64,000 bases of DNA, from positions 88,228,001 to 88,292,000 of the forward strand of contig NW_024704743.1 of assembly GCF_018977255.1 (NCBI RefSeq), written 5' to 3'. The notes beneath the pieces were generated by a model. It ran no database searches and was not told where the DNA came from. It worked only from the letters and a program-made list of their open reading frames with translations. Made by a program: the position numbers and the translations under genes. The DNA comes from Callorhinchus milii (Eukaryota). Shown here one piece after another: positions 47,821 through 60,509 of the stretch (the stretch's first letter is position 1; each line of letters starts with the position of its first letter).

Positions 47821-49074
47821 TCAACTCTCAACTCTTGGTTTGAAACCACGATCTTCTGATTCAGAGGTGATTCAAATACCAGAACCACAAAACCACATAA
47901 ACCATCCTGATATTATCCTCTTTTACATTTCTTTATTATACCTCTTTTATCAATTTGCCCTCCTTTATCTTACACAGAAGCTCCTCAACCCAACATTTCA
48001 GGTTTACTGAAGGGTCATATCTGTAATGTTGACCTATTTCTCTCTTGCAAATGATGAGTGACAAGCTGCCCACTTCTAGCCTTTTCTCCTTCCATTTCAG
48101 ATTTTCAGCATCTGCATTTCTTTTTTCTTTTTATGTCAACATGGCTAATTAGGTATCGGGAAGTGCCTCGAGGGAATCTGATTTTACAGCTTTAACTTGT
48201 TTTCGCTAGAGAAAAAAATGAGAAAGATGTGGTCGACATATTTAAAATTATGGCAGGGTGAATAATTCAAATGGAAGAAAGTTACTCAATTTAAGCTGTG
48301 ATTTAGTAATTGTCCGTGCACAGAGGGGCAGGGGGAGGGAAATAAGAGGGGGCTTCCTTGGCTCCAAGGTGCCATGCATAGCAACAGAATGTCTGAATCA
48401 AGACCCTTTGTGATAATCTTGGTGGTCTGGTTCATGAGCCAGGTTTGTCCTTTGTACCCCAAGTCACCTCTGATGATAGACTAGCCAGTCTGTCTCATTG
48501 GCAGAACCTAAAGGGCAGATTTGGAGGAGCAAGACTCCTGTTACCATTGCAAGCCAAAGCCATAACTGATAGGCAATCCAAGCTGGACAAGCAACACAAA
48601 GTTTGCCAGAGGGTTAAACTATGATATCATAAGTAAACAATGGGGATCGTAACAATTTTGGAAAGCAGTGTGGTGGTCGTAAAGATTTGGGGAATATAAA
48701 ATCCCGCACAAGTGTTGGTACGTATCATGCTGATCAAATTGGAAGTCCATCCAATCACCAATCTCATTTCCACTTCCGTGAGACCGGATTATGGGCAAAA
48801 GAGTTCCTGCTACCTGGCAAATGAACCAAAATTGGCATCTAAGCAGAGTATATCAGTGTGAGAGAATTTGGTATTTACAAATCCTTTACAAATCCCTATA
48901 TATATCAGACCTGAAAATGAACTTAACATTAAGAAAGTCTTCACACCGAATAGCATGAATGCAAAATGACTCCCATCCAAATTATTCAGTGCCATTCAAA
49001 TTACCTGCTTTAAAAAAAATGTGCTGGATAATTGTTCAATTATGAGATGAATGAACTTTCTAGGGATAAGAATG

Positions 49075-49322
49075 CTGACACTCTAATACAGTATTTGGGC
49101 ACCATTGTTGGAGGTGCCATCCTTCAGATGAAATATTAAACCAATGTCTCTTCTGCTGGTTTAGGTGGACGTTATGGTCCCATGGCATTATTTGAAAAGA
49201 GAAGGTTGCCACTTTCACCTATAAATACACAATCACCACAGTGTTTAGAAAGCTCTGTGAAGTACTTTGAAGTTTTCCAACTTTACAGACGCTGTATCAA
49301 GCACAAGGATTATTATTATTAT
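49075..49322 (+). mobile_element. DeuSINE-type fragment
   Basis: ggaggtgccatccttcagatgaaatattaaacc..aggtggacgtt..ccatggca. Confidence 0.75.
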
Positions 49323-49874
49323 AAGAATAGGCAGCAATGTCTGAGAACTTCCGCTTAAAAAAATGTGTGCAGCAGCCAAATGTATTGGTTTTGAGTATAT
49401 AGGCAACAGTACCTATCCAGCTAGTGGTTCTTGTGATGAGCTGATAAATGGTCAGTAAGAAAGATCTGAATTTTCTTATTAAACAGTACCTGGTAGCAGA
49501 GAATTTCATAAAATCAACCCTTAGCTAAAGGGATGAAGAAGCAGATTGAAAGAAAGAATATTCTGCAAGCCTGCCAGTAACAATTTTTACTCAATTGAAC
49601 TGAGAGATCAAAATCAGTGTCTGATCTATAAAAGGTTGAATTACCCCCTTGAGAAATGTTTGCTGTTTTTCTAGGAACGTTGCCTGTGTAGATTAGGCTG
49701 AAGAAGGGGAGAAGCAGTGGATGGATATTCTGGAGCTTGTATTTGCTTGTCATCATGGCTATTTGATTCAGAAGATTGAGGGATAAAGTCCACAATGTCC
49801 ACAAGGAATGAGCTTGAAGGGCCAAATGGCCATTTCTTATCCGACGCTTGAATTTTTATTTATGCTCAGTCTTA

Positions 49875-50278
49875 ATAATAATCATAAAAATAATAATCCA
49901 TGTATTTGATATAGTGTCTTTCACATCTCAAAGCACTTCACAGGTTATATTGTAAGTGAATTTTGTAGCCGAACACGATAGCCAGTTTGTGCACAGCAAT
50001 ATCCCACAGTGAAATGAATGATCAATTTTATCTGAATGATTGTTGTGCAGCACATCAGGAGAATCTCTTCAATTTTGAATAGTGGCATGGGATCTTTGAT
50101 GTTCACAGACAGGACCTTGGTTTAAGGTCTCATCGAGCAACTCAAACAAAGTGGCCCTCTTCCATCACTGCGGTGGACTTTCAGTCTGGACTAAGTTCAG
50201 AGTCCCGATGTGAGGCTTGAGCCCATAACTTTCAAATTCAAAGTCGAGATTGCTTCCAAATAAGTTAGGCTAACACCT
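49875..50278 (-). mobile_element. DeuSINE-type element, near full length
   Basis: TAA tail, atagtggcatgggatcttt core, gtgaggcttgagccca head. Confidence 0.8.
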
Positions 50279-51049
50279 AACAGTCTTCAAAACAGTTTTG
50301 AACTCTAAATGAAATCCTGAGTCAGAGCAGTTGGAATTAAATGATAAGAGGTCAGTTCTTGATAACTAAATGTTTTGCTTTTTGGATGATTTTGGATAAA
50401 ACAAAATTCAAGCTGCATACTGAATACAATCTATCTATACTTTCATTCCAAACATCAGGAAATTCAACTTTATCAGCTTCAAGAAGCTTTGAATGAACCC
50501 ATTAAATTGAAACTGGCACCCAGAATCATAGGTAATATTCTGACTGAATTGCATTCCTTTATAAATATTCATGTTGGGAAGACATGTCAGAGCTTTTTAC
50601 AGTAAAGTGTAGTGACTGTGTACTTTGAAGGCAAATCTAGAAATAATATTTTCAAAATTTACCATCCTGTTAAGTATGCCAGTATAGAATTATTAAACTG
50701 TTAAGTTAAAGCATTTGTGAATCTAGTGATATTTCAAGATAGAATGGACACTGTGCCTGGAATATACAACTGAATATTCAATACAAATGATGTGAAGGGC
50801 CTTATTCATTCAAAGCTCTCTTAGGCTGCCTTGTCACTCCATTGGCATTATCAAGTAAATAAAAAACACCCCAAAGGTCCAACAATAATTACCAGTAACA
50901 CTGCCATCATTTTCAATACAAAGGTGAGCATGTTGTGTAATAATTGTAAAGAAAAACCTGAAACTGATAGAACCAGCCACTGTCACTTATTAATTAGGAG
51001 AAGGACACTTTCAGACCGGCCAAATGAACACATGTATAGTCACATGAAG

Positions 51050-51122
51050 CTCTGAGAGCTGGTGGAGACATGACGGTCCAAATGACATCCTTCTGTGCTG
51101 TACGATTCTATGATTCTATGAT
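51050..51122 (+). mobile_element. CR1 3' tail
   Basis: ccaaatgacatccttctgtgctgtacg(attctatg)2. Confidence 0.75.
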
Positions 51123-51129
51123 TAACATG

Positions 51130-51900
51130 GGAATGTACAGCCCCAGAAAAGACCATTGGCAATTTCACGGTCAATATTTTCACAAAACATAAATAATCTT
51201 GACACCCATCAAAGGAATCCTTCGCCAAATACTGTAGTTATTCAATTCCTTCTTCAATTCGATGGCACAATTTGCCTTCATTCCTCCCAAAACAGTCTGT
51301 TCCACATATTTACTACTCTGTACATATAAAACGAATCTGAATTGTCTGTTCACCTTCTTTCTTATGCCCTTGAATTTTTGCACCATATTAAACAATATTC
51401 GGGTTCAGTTTATCTTTACCTTTAAATACTTCAATATGATCTCCCCTGAGCCTTTTTCTCTTTAGCGTGAACATTCCCAGCTGCTGTAGCCTCTCTTCAT
51501 AACTCAGGTGCCTAATTCTGACTATCAATCTACTTGCCCTTTGCTGTATCCCCTCCAATGCCAAAATGTCCTTACTGTAATCAGGCAACCCAAATATTAC
51601 ACTGTACTTCAGGGGGATTGGACCAGTGTTCTGTTCATGTACATTATGACTTTCATAGACATATGCTCTATTCTGTTTGTTACATATCACAAAATCCTGT
51701 TCACTTTCTTTACTACTGCTCACTCTGCGCTGATAGTTTTAATGATCTGTTCATTACTTTAGCACTACCAAGTACTACTCTTGTGGTGTGTCTTCATGGC
51801 AAATTTTATGAATTTATATTTCTGTTTATGATCTTCCCCAATCTTATTACTTGTTATTTGCCACCTTTCAGCCCAACCTCCTGATCTATCCAGATGCCTC
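51130..51900 (-). mobile_element. CR1 ORF2 C-terminal fragment
   Basis: KDILALEGIQQRASRLI..IRHLSYEERLQQLGMFTLKRKRLRGDHIEVFK. Confidence 0.9.
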
Positions 51901-51939
51901 TGCTTTTGACAGGCTTGTTCCCTAATTTTTTCAGCATAT

Positions 51940-51999
51940 GGGCTTGGGATGTCCGCCCGACGTGAAAGGTGCTATACAAATGTAATTTTGTTGTTGTTG
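51940..51999 (+). mobile_element. L2 3' tail
   Basis: gggatgtccgcccgacgtgaaaggtgctatacaaatgtaattttgttgttgttg. Confidence 0.85.
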
Positions 52000-53286
52000 G
52001 TACATATCTACACAGTCTGGTTACCATGTATGTATTCTTCATAAATGATTCCCAAGTTGCAGTCCTAACCTATTGTGCTATGCAACTGAGCTGTATCGGA
52101 TAATAGCCTTGCAAAAATTATCTTATACACTGTCAAAAAGCTACCTTTCAGAGATGAAGTTGTTTAATAAGTCAATCTCTCAGTTGTTGTGCTGTGAAGA
52201 CTTAACTCCTAACCACCATCAGTAAATTGAAAGCTATTCTTTGTGCCGACTCACACTTCTGGACAAGGACAGTTTTTCTTTTCTTTATTCCATTTATTTC
52301 TCCCATAAAAACAAGATATAGACTAAGCAGTATCACAACTTGCTTGCCACACTAACCTATTAAAAGAGTCAAAGCCTTTCATAAACACTATGTTTGATTT
52401 AACAGAATCCATCCATTGTTTTGGTTGCCACTTGACCTTCCTCACTCTGTTATGAAATGGAACAGAAAGATAATTAAACCACATGTTCATTAAATGGTAA
52501 CTCACTACCTGTATGCAGGACGCTATATAAATACATACTTTGACTTGTATGAGGCAGTTTTCATAAGCATTCCTCATTACTTTAAGAAAAAAACATTTTC
52601 CTCTAAGAGGAAATATCTTTACATTTAGTTCCATGAGAGGAGACATGAGCTTTCATCAAGAAATGTCATGAGTGTTATCGTCTATTGTTAGATCTTGCTA
52701 ATTTAATTAAGGCTATTTTGTTGGCAATCTTTCAGGAAGATTATCTTTCCTCTTAACCAACTGTAAAATTAGGTGCAATGAGTTCTACCAATCTTTGCTG
52801 GATCCATTGGCACTCCAGATTTTTCTCTACATGAATGTACGCGGATTCAAATGAATTAAGTGCGAGATGCTACCCAACTCATTACCTGTATGAAGGATGC
52901 TATATAAATGCAAATAATCGTTGCCATTGTATGCTTTGCCAATGCTGCATTTCTTTTAGAGTACACTGACATGACTGGAATGATCTGCACATAGTGGTCT
53001 TTTTCCAGTTTAATTTTGGACTTTCCATCTATTAAACAGGCGTAAAATAATTTCTGAAAACTAACAATAGTGATCGGAGCATTTGTATTGATCCAAGCCC
53101 TGAAACAAGAAACTATCTGCAATTTATTGCCAGTTCTGCATGAGTAGCTTGCTCCAAGAGCCAGTGCAGACTCAATGAGCTAAATGACCTCCTTCTGCGC
53201 TGTAAATTTGTGTGATTATGTAATTCTCTGTGCTTTCTGATTCAAATTTATGAAATATGTTTTCATTTTCCCATTAGAAGGAAATA

Positions 53287-53683
53287 CAGTGAAACTTTGT
53301 TAATGGAATATTCAATTTGATGGTGAAAATTATTCAATAAATTAAATTATTCATACATAAGACAAGAGAGGACTCATCTCCCGGAGCTCGAGCTATGCGG
53401 CCACTGACTTCACAGGAACCGGAAACGCTCTCCTCCAACAATCAGATGCATCCTCACTCGCACGCGGCCAATTGAGCAATCGCCAGGGACCTCTCTGGGG
53501 AGTGAGGTGAGGGGAGGAGGAAAGGATGCTGGCAACCCTTCGCACTAGACTGTAGTATTCAATCAACCAATCTATATTCTTAGACTAGGCATGCGTGCAG
53601 ATAGTTTGGGATTTCTAAATTCTATTCAATAAATCAAACTATTCAATTATCCGATATTCAATTCAATTAACTGAATTTCACTG
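53287..53683. mobile_element. Tc1/mariner (Tigger/pogo-like) non-autonomous element
   Basis: TA|cagtgaaactttgttaatggaat vs attcaattaactgaatttcactg inverted ends; subterminal attcaat repeats; right TA absent. Confidence 0.65.
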
Positions 53684-54099
53684 CGACAACCAATTCATGT
53701 AACTTTACCTATAATGTGAATTTAAAGCTCCAGAATGCAAGCATTAAAACCTACTGATCAGAATTTATCTCAAGAAGCACGCAGCAGTTGCCAGTGATTT
53801 GAAGCATATCCATACAGTGAAGACTAGGAGCTGTCAACCATCCCATGCAGTATCTGCATGAAGAACCAGGAGCTAAAAATTGCTTTTGGTGTTAGCCTTA
53901 AGGCTATTGTCTCGAAATTTAAGATTGTGCAGAATTTAAGAAAGTTCTTCTATTCAGTCTTAATTTGAAAGTTGGCTTTCCTTTTAAGGAAAATCCCAAA
54001 CTCTGCATAATTATAAATTTTAAGAGTGAAATAAATGGTGCTGTTTGTGATTCCTTGTTGTGAATACTGTGTTTCAACTCTATCCGTGGACAGACCAGC

Positions 54100-54560
54100 A
54101 ATGCAGTGCATGGGGAAGCACTGCAATGTCAGAGGTGCCGTTTTTCAGTTGAGACATTAAACCAAGATCCTGTTTGCCTATTCAAGTGAATGTAAAGATC
54201 CCAAAGCAATTTTTGAAAAGAAAAAGGAGTTTCTCCTGGTGGCCAGCTCACAATCCTCCAGATAAAATTGGGCATTCATTTCATGGCTGTCTGTGGGACA
54301 TTGTTGTTCATGTGCCTACAAATACACAATAATAATAATCCTTGCATTTGATATAGCGCTTTTCATGTCTTCTAGACGTCTCAAAGCGCTTCACAGAATA
54401 TACTGTAAAGTGAATTGACTGTATATTTGTGGGCGAAATCACTACACTTTACACTATTACTTATTATTGATTTTATAGTAAAATACTGTGAAGCACTTTG
54501 AGATGTTTCGAAAGTGATAAGGCACTTTATCAAATGTAAAAATTATTATAATTTTTATTT
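54100..54560 (+). mobile_element. DeuSINE-type element with a nested antisense young SINE 3' end (54328-54438)
   Basis: gaggtgccgtttttcagttgagacattaaacc core; host resumes cactacactttac. Confidence 0.8.
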
Positions 54561-55239
54561 ATTTTTTAGCTAGAGCTAAACTGCACTCAGGAGACGCACT
54601 GAAATGTTTCTTCAGTGACCTGGCAGGGAGGATGAGGATGTTAATGCAGAGGCTTTCTTAACTTTCTTTTATGTGAAAGAGTTCGATGTCCATTGGTTTT
54701 GTTCATCAAATTGATTTTGTGTTCCTCTTCCCTGATGTGAGCGGCCAGCTCAGAACATTTCCCTTATCAGTTTTTCTTTCTCCTCAGCTGGCTATCTGCT
54801 CTGAGCCATTTGGACTTGGATTGTTGTATTTGTTTCACTAATACAGACAATGTCACTTGCACTCCCTGGCAACTGTTTTAATTCCCCAACTCTGGCTCCA
54901 GAAGCTAGACAAACCACTAATCCTACTTATGTTGGCTTCAAGTATCCTAGCTATTGCCAGCATTAGGTTCTTTGATTGTTGCCAAGCGAGATGGTTTTCT
55001 GGAGCAAAAGGATGTTGATTACCTGCTAAGCATGCTCACTTTCTCTCTGTATTCCTACATGGGGCAGGTCAGGGACAGCAAATCATTTAAACATTGAGTT
55101 TCCTGTATTTTATGTAAATACACCAGTTTGTTGGCCTTGTTAGGACTTCAACTAATTCTCTGCCTGATGTGCATTAGTGTGCATGGATGAACAAACATAA
55201 ACAGACTTGATTAAAGACCAAAGCCCCATTTATAGCAGG

Positions 55240-55610
55240 ATTGAGGACTCATCTTGTAATCCACATCATTTAACTCAATTTTATTATCTCAGATGGGACT
55301 TTATGGAGTCCAACAAGATTTTAAACGGGATTGAGAAAATGAACCCAGAACAATACTTTTGGATGCACTGAGCTAGTAGTGCAAGAGAATATAGGTTTAG
55401 AGTTACAAAGGGCAATTTCTGGATAGACACCAATAATTTTTTTACCCAGAGGATAATTAATGACTGGAACAAATTATGAGGAAAGTTGTTTGAGGGAAGG
55501 ATGCTGGACTCATTTAAGAAGCAGTTTGATATTGTGATGGGAAAGATGTTAGAGTGGGTATTCTGGAAGGATAAAATTAAATTATTCATCTGAACTAATC
55601 TTGTGATCTT
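55240..55610 (+). mobile_element. CR1 3' fragment
   Basis: ttttttacccagaggataattaatgactggaac (FFTQR.IN.WN); tail aatcttgtgatctt. Confidence 0.75.
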
Positions 55611-56115
55611 GGCCTGATATTCCAGTGCAGGACTGTAAGAACCTCCCTTTTTTCAGCATCTTTAACATCTACCTGAAGAGGCAGATAGGACCTTGGTTTA
55701 ATGTCTCAACCCAGTGTCGTGGCCAACAATCCTTTGAATAAAATTAGTAATTCACTTCATAATTGCTTGTGTGACACTGCTGTGCTTAATTGGAATTTGC
55801 CCCCCAAAAATACACAACCATTATTCACTTTATAGCAGTGGTGGCCAAGCTTTATGATCGGCCAACAAAATAAATTAATTTTGCCATAAATTCATGTCAT
55901 ATATCAAGAAATAATCAATCAAGAAAAAATTGCAAACACAATACCGATTGAACACAGACTTACCTAGACACATGCAAATGTTAGTGGGGTGGGTGCGGGG
56001 CTCATTGATTGCCCCGCTGGCCACTGTTGGCCATCACTGCTTTACAGTATATCCAGAAGGGCTTTGAGACACCCTCCCAATGTGAAAGGAGCTGTAACAA
56101 ATATAAGGATTATTT
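55611..56115 (+). mobile_element. DeuSINE variant with inverted core, copy 1 (contains nested MITE)
   Basis: plus-oriented ccagtgcag and gtggccaacaatcc..tail flank a minus-oriented core atctttaacatctacctgaa..gaccttggtttaatgtctca. Confidence 0.75.
55836..56039. mobile_element. hAT-type MITE with 8 bp target-site duplication
   Basis: TIRs cagtggtggccaa / ttggccatcactg; flanks ctttatag / ctttacag. Confidence 0.88.
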
Positions 56116-57149
56116 ATTTATTATTTATCCAAGAAAAGTGTACCCATTTTTAATTGTTGTCTGAGAGAATTGCAGTACGTTCATGTGACATAAACTTATC
56201 ATTTGAAATCCACACACACTGCTCCTTATCACATCTATGCTCTTGGAGGGGAAGTCATTTGATTAAAAAGGTCTCCTGATAAAGCACATTCACCATACCC
56301 GAGCTGGTAGTGCTTGATGCTAAAACTGGATGCTCTAAGTGAGAATGTGCTCAGTTTCCCTGCACTAACATCATTCACCTTTTTGGGGATAAAATCTAGG
56401 GGAAAAAAATAAAATCAGTTCCATGTTTGAAATTATAACACGTTTCAGTGTTGGTTTGGGAACGGAGACTGTCATTTGTAGATTGCAATGCATCAGGATG
56501 ATATCCTGACTCAATTTCTCTTCATATCTCACACAAACACACACGGGGTGATGGCATCGGTGCAATGCATTATTATTTATGACTAAGACTGGTATACAAC
56601 CATCCTCTGAAACCCTGACTCATTATCACTTTGGAACAGATTAGAAAAACGTTTTTTCAACATCTTCTTAATTTTTGGCAAATATTACATCTTATAGCAA
56701 ATATTTTTAAGTAATGTACCTTGGGTTAAGGCCAGCACGGAGTTATTTTTATTGAACAAAACACATTTTTTTCCAGAAACCTATGGCATTTACAATCTCT
56801 TTAAAGCTGTTCAAGGACTCAATATCCTTTTTATCTTCCAAACCAGGCATATTCTTTCACTCCCCCTCAAAAAAGCTTAGGAAGAATATCTCATTCTGCA
56901 AAATTGTGCTGAAGGATATTACCAAGTATAATGAGTGCAATAATAAAGCAGAGTGTTTATTTACTGGGGGTTTGGTCTGAATAAACGTAATAACCTGAAC
57001 TATGTGATTTTATTATGCTGAGGAAATCCTTTTGCATTGCATGGAATTTTAATTCAAATTAACATTTATTTGAATTTGACTCTATCAGGATTCTGCAGGG
57101 AAGAGAAGCCAGCAGTAAGGTTTGATAATTCCTGAGAGTTATAATATAT

Positions 57150-57255
57150 TGAGATGTGTGTATGTGTACGTGTATGTGTAAATATATGTGTACATGTATG
57201 GGCTTGTGAATACATAAGCATGTTATTGTATACATGTATGCGCACGTGTATGTAA
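57150..57255. repeat. Degenerate (TGTA/TG)n low-complexity tract
   Basis: gtgtgtatgtgtacgtgtatgtgta... Confidence 0.75.
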
Positions 57256-57259
57256 AAAA

Positions 57260-57490
57260 TAACAATAATAATAATAATCCCTGCGTTTGATAATAGTTCC
57301 TTTCCCAAAGGGAGGATGTCTCAATGCACTTCACTGGATTCAATATAAAGTGTAGTGACTGTGAATTTTGTAATCGAACATAGCAGCCAATTTGCACCCA
57401 GAATTGTGCCGCAAAGGCTGACCCTCTGAATGATCGACTTCACTGGGAGATTGTCATGCAGGATACCAGAACAAACTCCCCTTTCTTTTC
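57260..57490 (-). mobile_element. SINE 3' half, old
   Basis: ataataatccctgcgtttgata...gcagccaatttgcac...aaactcccc. Confidence 0.7.
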
Positions 57491-58022
57491 AAGTGTACAT
57501 GTTAGGCATGCATGTTTATGTATATCATGTACATAGATGTGCACGTGAAGCTATGGTATATATGAGTAGGTGTTGGTGCAGTACAATAACCCTTTTACAA
57601 ATCTACTATGATTACTGATGATAATCAGTGCAGGAAGTTATAAGTATCTTCTATGCCGATTTTTTCATTGCAGCCAGAAAGCAAGATTTTTTTTATTAAT
57701 GTAAACCAGCTGTTGTTGGAAATATACACTACTGAGGATAATTGATGTGCAAACCATGTATCTGAAGAATTAACCGCTCGATGAAACTCAGTAAATGATG
57801 GTCTGTGGAAAACAGTAGGGCGATTCTCCAAAGGTCAGTAAATTTACAGGAAAGAATATCTCATTGTCTCCTGTGTATCCCCATTTTAAACTCAAAGGGG
57901 GAGAATTTGGAGAGCTGAAAGTAAAAGGAAAATAAAAAATTTCAGAAAGCTGAGAGTAAAAGGAAATGTTTGGGGATATTTACAGCAGAGTAGAAATATT
58001 CCATAGGCAGAACTCGTTGCTG

Positions 58023-58096
<74 letters not shown>

Positions 58097-58436
58097 CCTT
58101 GCAGTTGATATAGCACCTTATCAAATTTTCGAGACATTTCAAAGCGCTTCACAGAATAAACTGTAAAGTGAATTGACTGCATATTTTGTGGATGAAACGT
58201 GGCAGCCAATTGTGCACAGCAGTGTCCCACAAACAGTCGTGGATTGAAGTGACCAATTTTTTTTTGAAGGAATTATTACCCCCGGAAAAGCAATCTGCCA
58301 ATCGACTAACAACCAGGTTCCTAATTACTGCTAGGTAAACAGAGGCGTGTGGAGTAAGGAAACTTGCCCAACAATTCGCCCTGCCGGGAATCGAACCCAA
58401 ATATCTCATTTGCGAGGCGAGTGCTCAAACCACTGA
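58023..58436 (-). mobile_element. Long-form tRNA-Ala-derived SINE with expanded (TAA)n tail (58023-58096)
   Basis: head gggaatcgaaccc..ttgcgaggcgagtgctc, extra segment ttactgctaggtaaacagaggc, ~24-25 perfect TAA units. Confidence 0.92.
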
Positions 58437-59276
58437 TTTACATTCAGCAAGTGGGAAGCATTACAAGTAGTCACATGTTGCTATATCAGGTGCCTTCTGA
58501 CAAGATAGTTAGGGAGGTGATCAAGGTGGCTAGAGTTAGCAACCACGCAAGGCAGAGGGTTTGCCAGGTTGCCTCTCAGATGTATTGATGGAACCAGAAA
58601 CTTGGATTGTATTAGGGAGCTGCACCTCCACACGAGTCTTCATCCAATCTTTACTTCCTCCCATAACATTTTATTCCCCCTCTTCCTCATTTGAAAGTCC
58701 AGCTTCCTCTATGAATGCACCTATACTATCTGAGTATTGCTGCAAAGCGTATGAAATAATAACAACTTGCATTTATATAGCGCCACTCACACAGGGTAGC
58801 TTGCCAGAACACTTGAAATATAGTTAATGTTGTCAATAAACAATGAAAGGTAATACTGTTTAGTTTAACAACAACAGAAGGCATTTTAACTACGACAGAA
58901 CCTTGTCACGTTTCTGTGTCACAAAAATTCACAGCACGTTCGGTATTTCGATACTTTGCCACATACCAACGTTCCTCAAGACATGGCTAAAGAACAAGAT
59001 GATACAAAGAAAAAGGTTAGTGGTCCTGCAATTACTGTAAATATGTGACAGATTTCATAGGTTTAAAAGTCCAGTGCGTTGGGGGTAACGTATAACTGCA
59101 GGGGAAGGAGAATTTGTCCAATGCAGTGACATAGTCTATGTGTAGTGTAGTATAAAAGTGTCCTGTGATGTCCTTAGTTAGTTCACATGTGAAAGAAAAT
59201 ACAGCAATGGTCACCTTCGGGACTTTATCTTCATGTGTGTGTGATTGTTGTGTTAAATCATTACTAACGATTGCCT

Positions 59277-59455
59277 CAGGGTGGTCCAACCTTTTGGCTG
59301 CGGAGAGCCTGATGCCCTATTTGGGAAATGTTCACGGACTGCATAAGCAATATTTTTGTTTTCCCTTGCAGAAGCATAACATAACATCTACATGTTATAG
59401 AGGGAGTGGGTGGGAAAGATGGAATGGAGGGAGGGTAGCCAGTTGGTTCACCCTG
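59277..59455. mobile_element. hAT-like MITE
   Basis: cagggtggtccaac / gttggttcaccctg inverted ends (12/14); no clear TSD. Confidence 0.55.
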
Positions 59456-60082
59456 GCCTTGGTTACGTTGTTCTTTCTGTTAAAATGCTGCGATATATTC
59501 CAGCCTAGCTAACCTGGGCTGGGAGAAGGCCTATCTCCTGTCACCCGCTGTTGCCCTGTCATTTGCCATGAAGGCTGCTCATCGTCACTGCTGCTGATGA
59601 AAGAGGGCTCCTGTTCCTGCTTGTACAGAAACATTGAGTTGCACGATGCAGTAGGCAATGGGTACAGGGGTGCGAGAGGGAACAAAGCTGTTCCAACCTC
59701 AATCTGCCTGCTGAAGGTTGAAGGGCTTGCAGGGCCATCCAAAATAAAGTGAATCCTGAGGGAAAGTTGACATTTCCAGTGGCAGAATTTAATCATCCAG
59801 CAGATGTTGGGGAACATTCAAACTGATTCACAAGAAGGTAAATCACAGGGTTATGAATTCAAGACAGAAATAGTGACATATCCATTTCCAGCTTCACTCT
59901 ACCTCTATTCACCCCTCACTCTAACTCCTGCAATCCTACCGTTCTGGGTGCTCATTGGACTGGATGAGAGAGAGCACAGCCTGTGAAGGTAACTGCACAT
60001 GCCCAGCATCATAATGTGGGCATTCCAAGCTGGGAATTGCTGTCTGCAAATTGGCTGCTGTAATTGCCTACAAAACAAAAGC

Positions 60083-60392
60083 GCTGACATTCCAGTGCAG
60101 GACAGAGAAAACTCCCCTCAATTTTTTAATACTTCCATGGCATTATTAAAGCCCATCTGAACAGGCAGATTGTAACTCATCTTAACATCTCATCCCAGTG
60201 TCCTGGCCAGCAACCCCCAAGTAAAATTGGTAATTCACTTCATGGCAGTTTGTGGAACATTTCTGTGTGCAAATTAGCTGTTGTATTCGTTCACAATAAA
60301 AACAGAGTCACTACACTTTCTAGTACATCTTGTGCAGCCCTTTGAGACTTCCTCCTGATATGAAAGGCACTGTACTAAATGTAAGGATTATA
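60083..60392 (+). mobile_element. DeuSINE variant with inverted core, copy 2
   Basis: gctgacattccagtgcagga + reversed core (aaactcccc..ccatgg..ctgaacaggcaga..ttaacatctcatcc) + cagtgtcctggcc..tail. Confidence 0.75.
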
Positions 60393-60434
60393 GTTGTTTT
60401 TGATGTTTTGTGTTTGATGTTTCGTTGTCAGACT

Positions 60435-60509
60435 TTGCCACTGTGAAGTGTTCCGGGACACTACCCTGCGTGAAGGGCGCTATATAAATGCAAATTTTTG
60501 TTGTTGTTG
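60435..60509 (+). mobile_element. L2-type 3' tail
   Basis: gggacactaccctgcgtgaagggcgctatataaatgcaa..(TTG)n. Confidence 0.8.

Noticed and set aside
57892..58230. Poly-Leu / poly-Tyr / poly-Ile ORFs
   Set aside because: Artefact of the (TAA)n microsatellite
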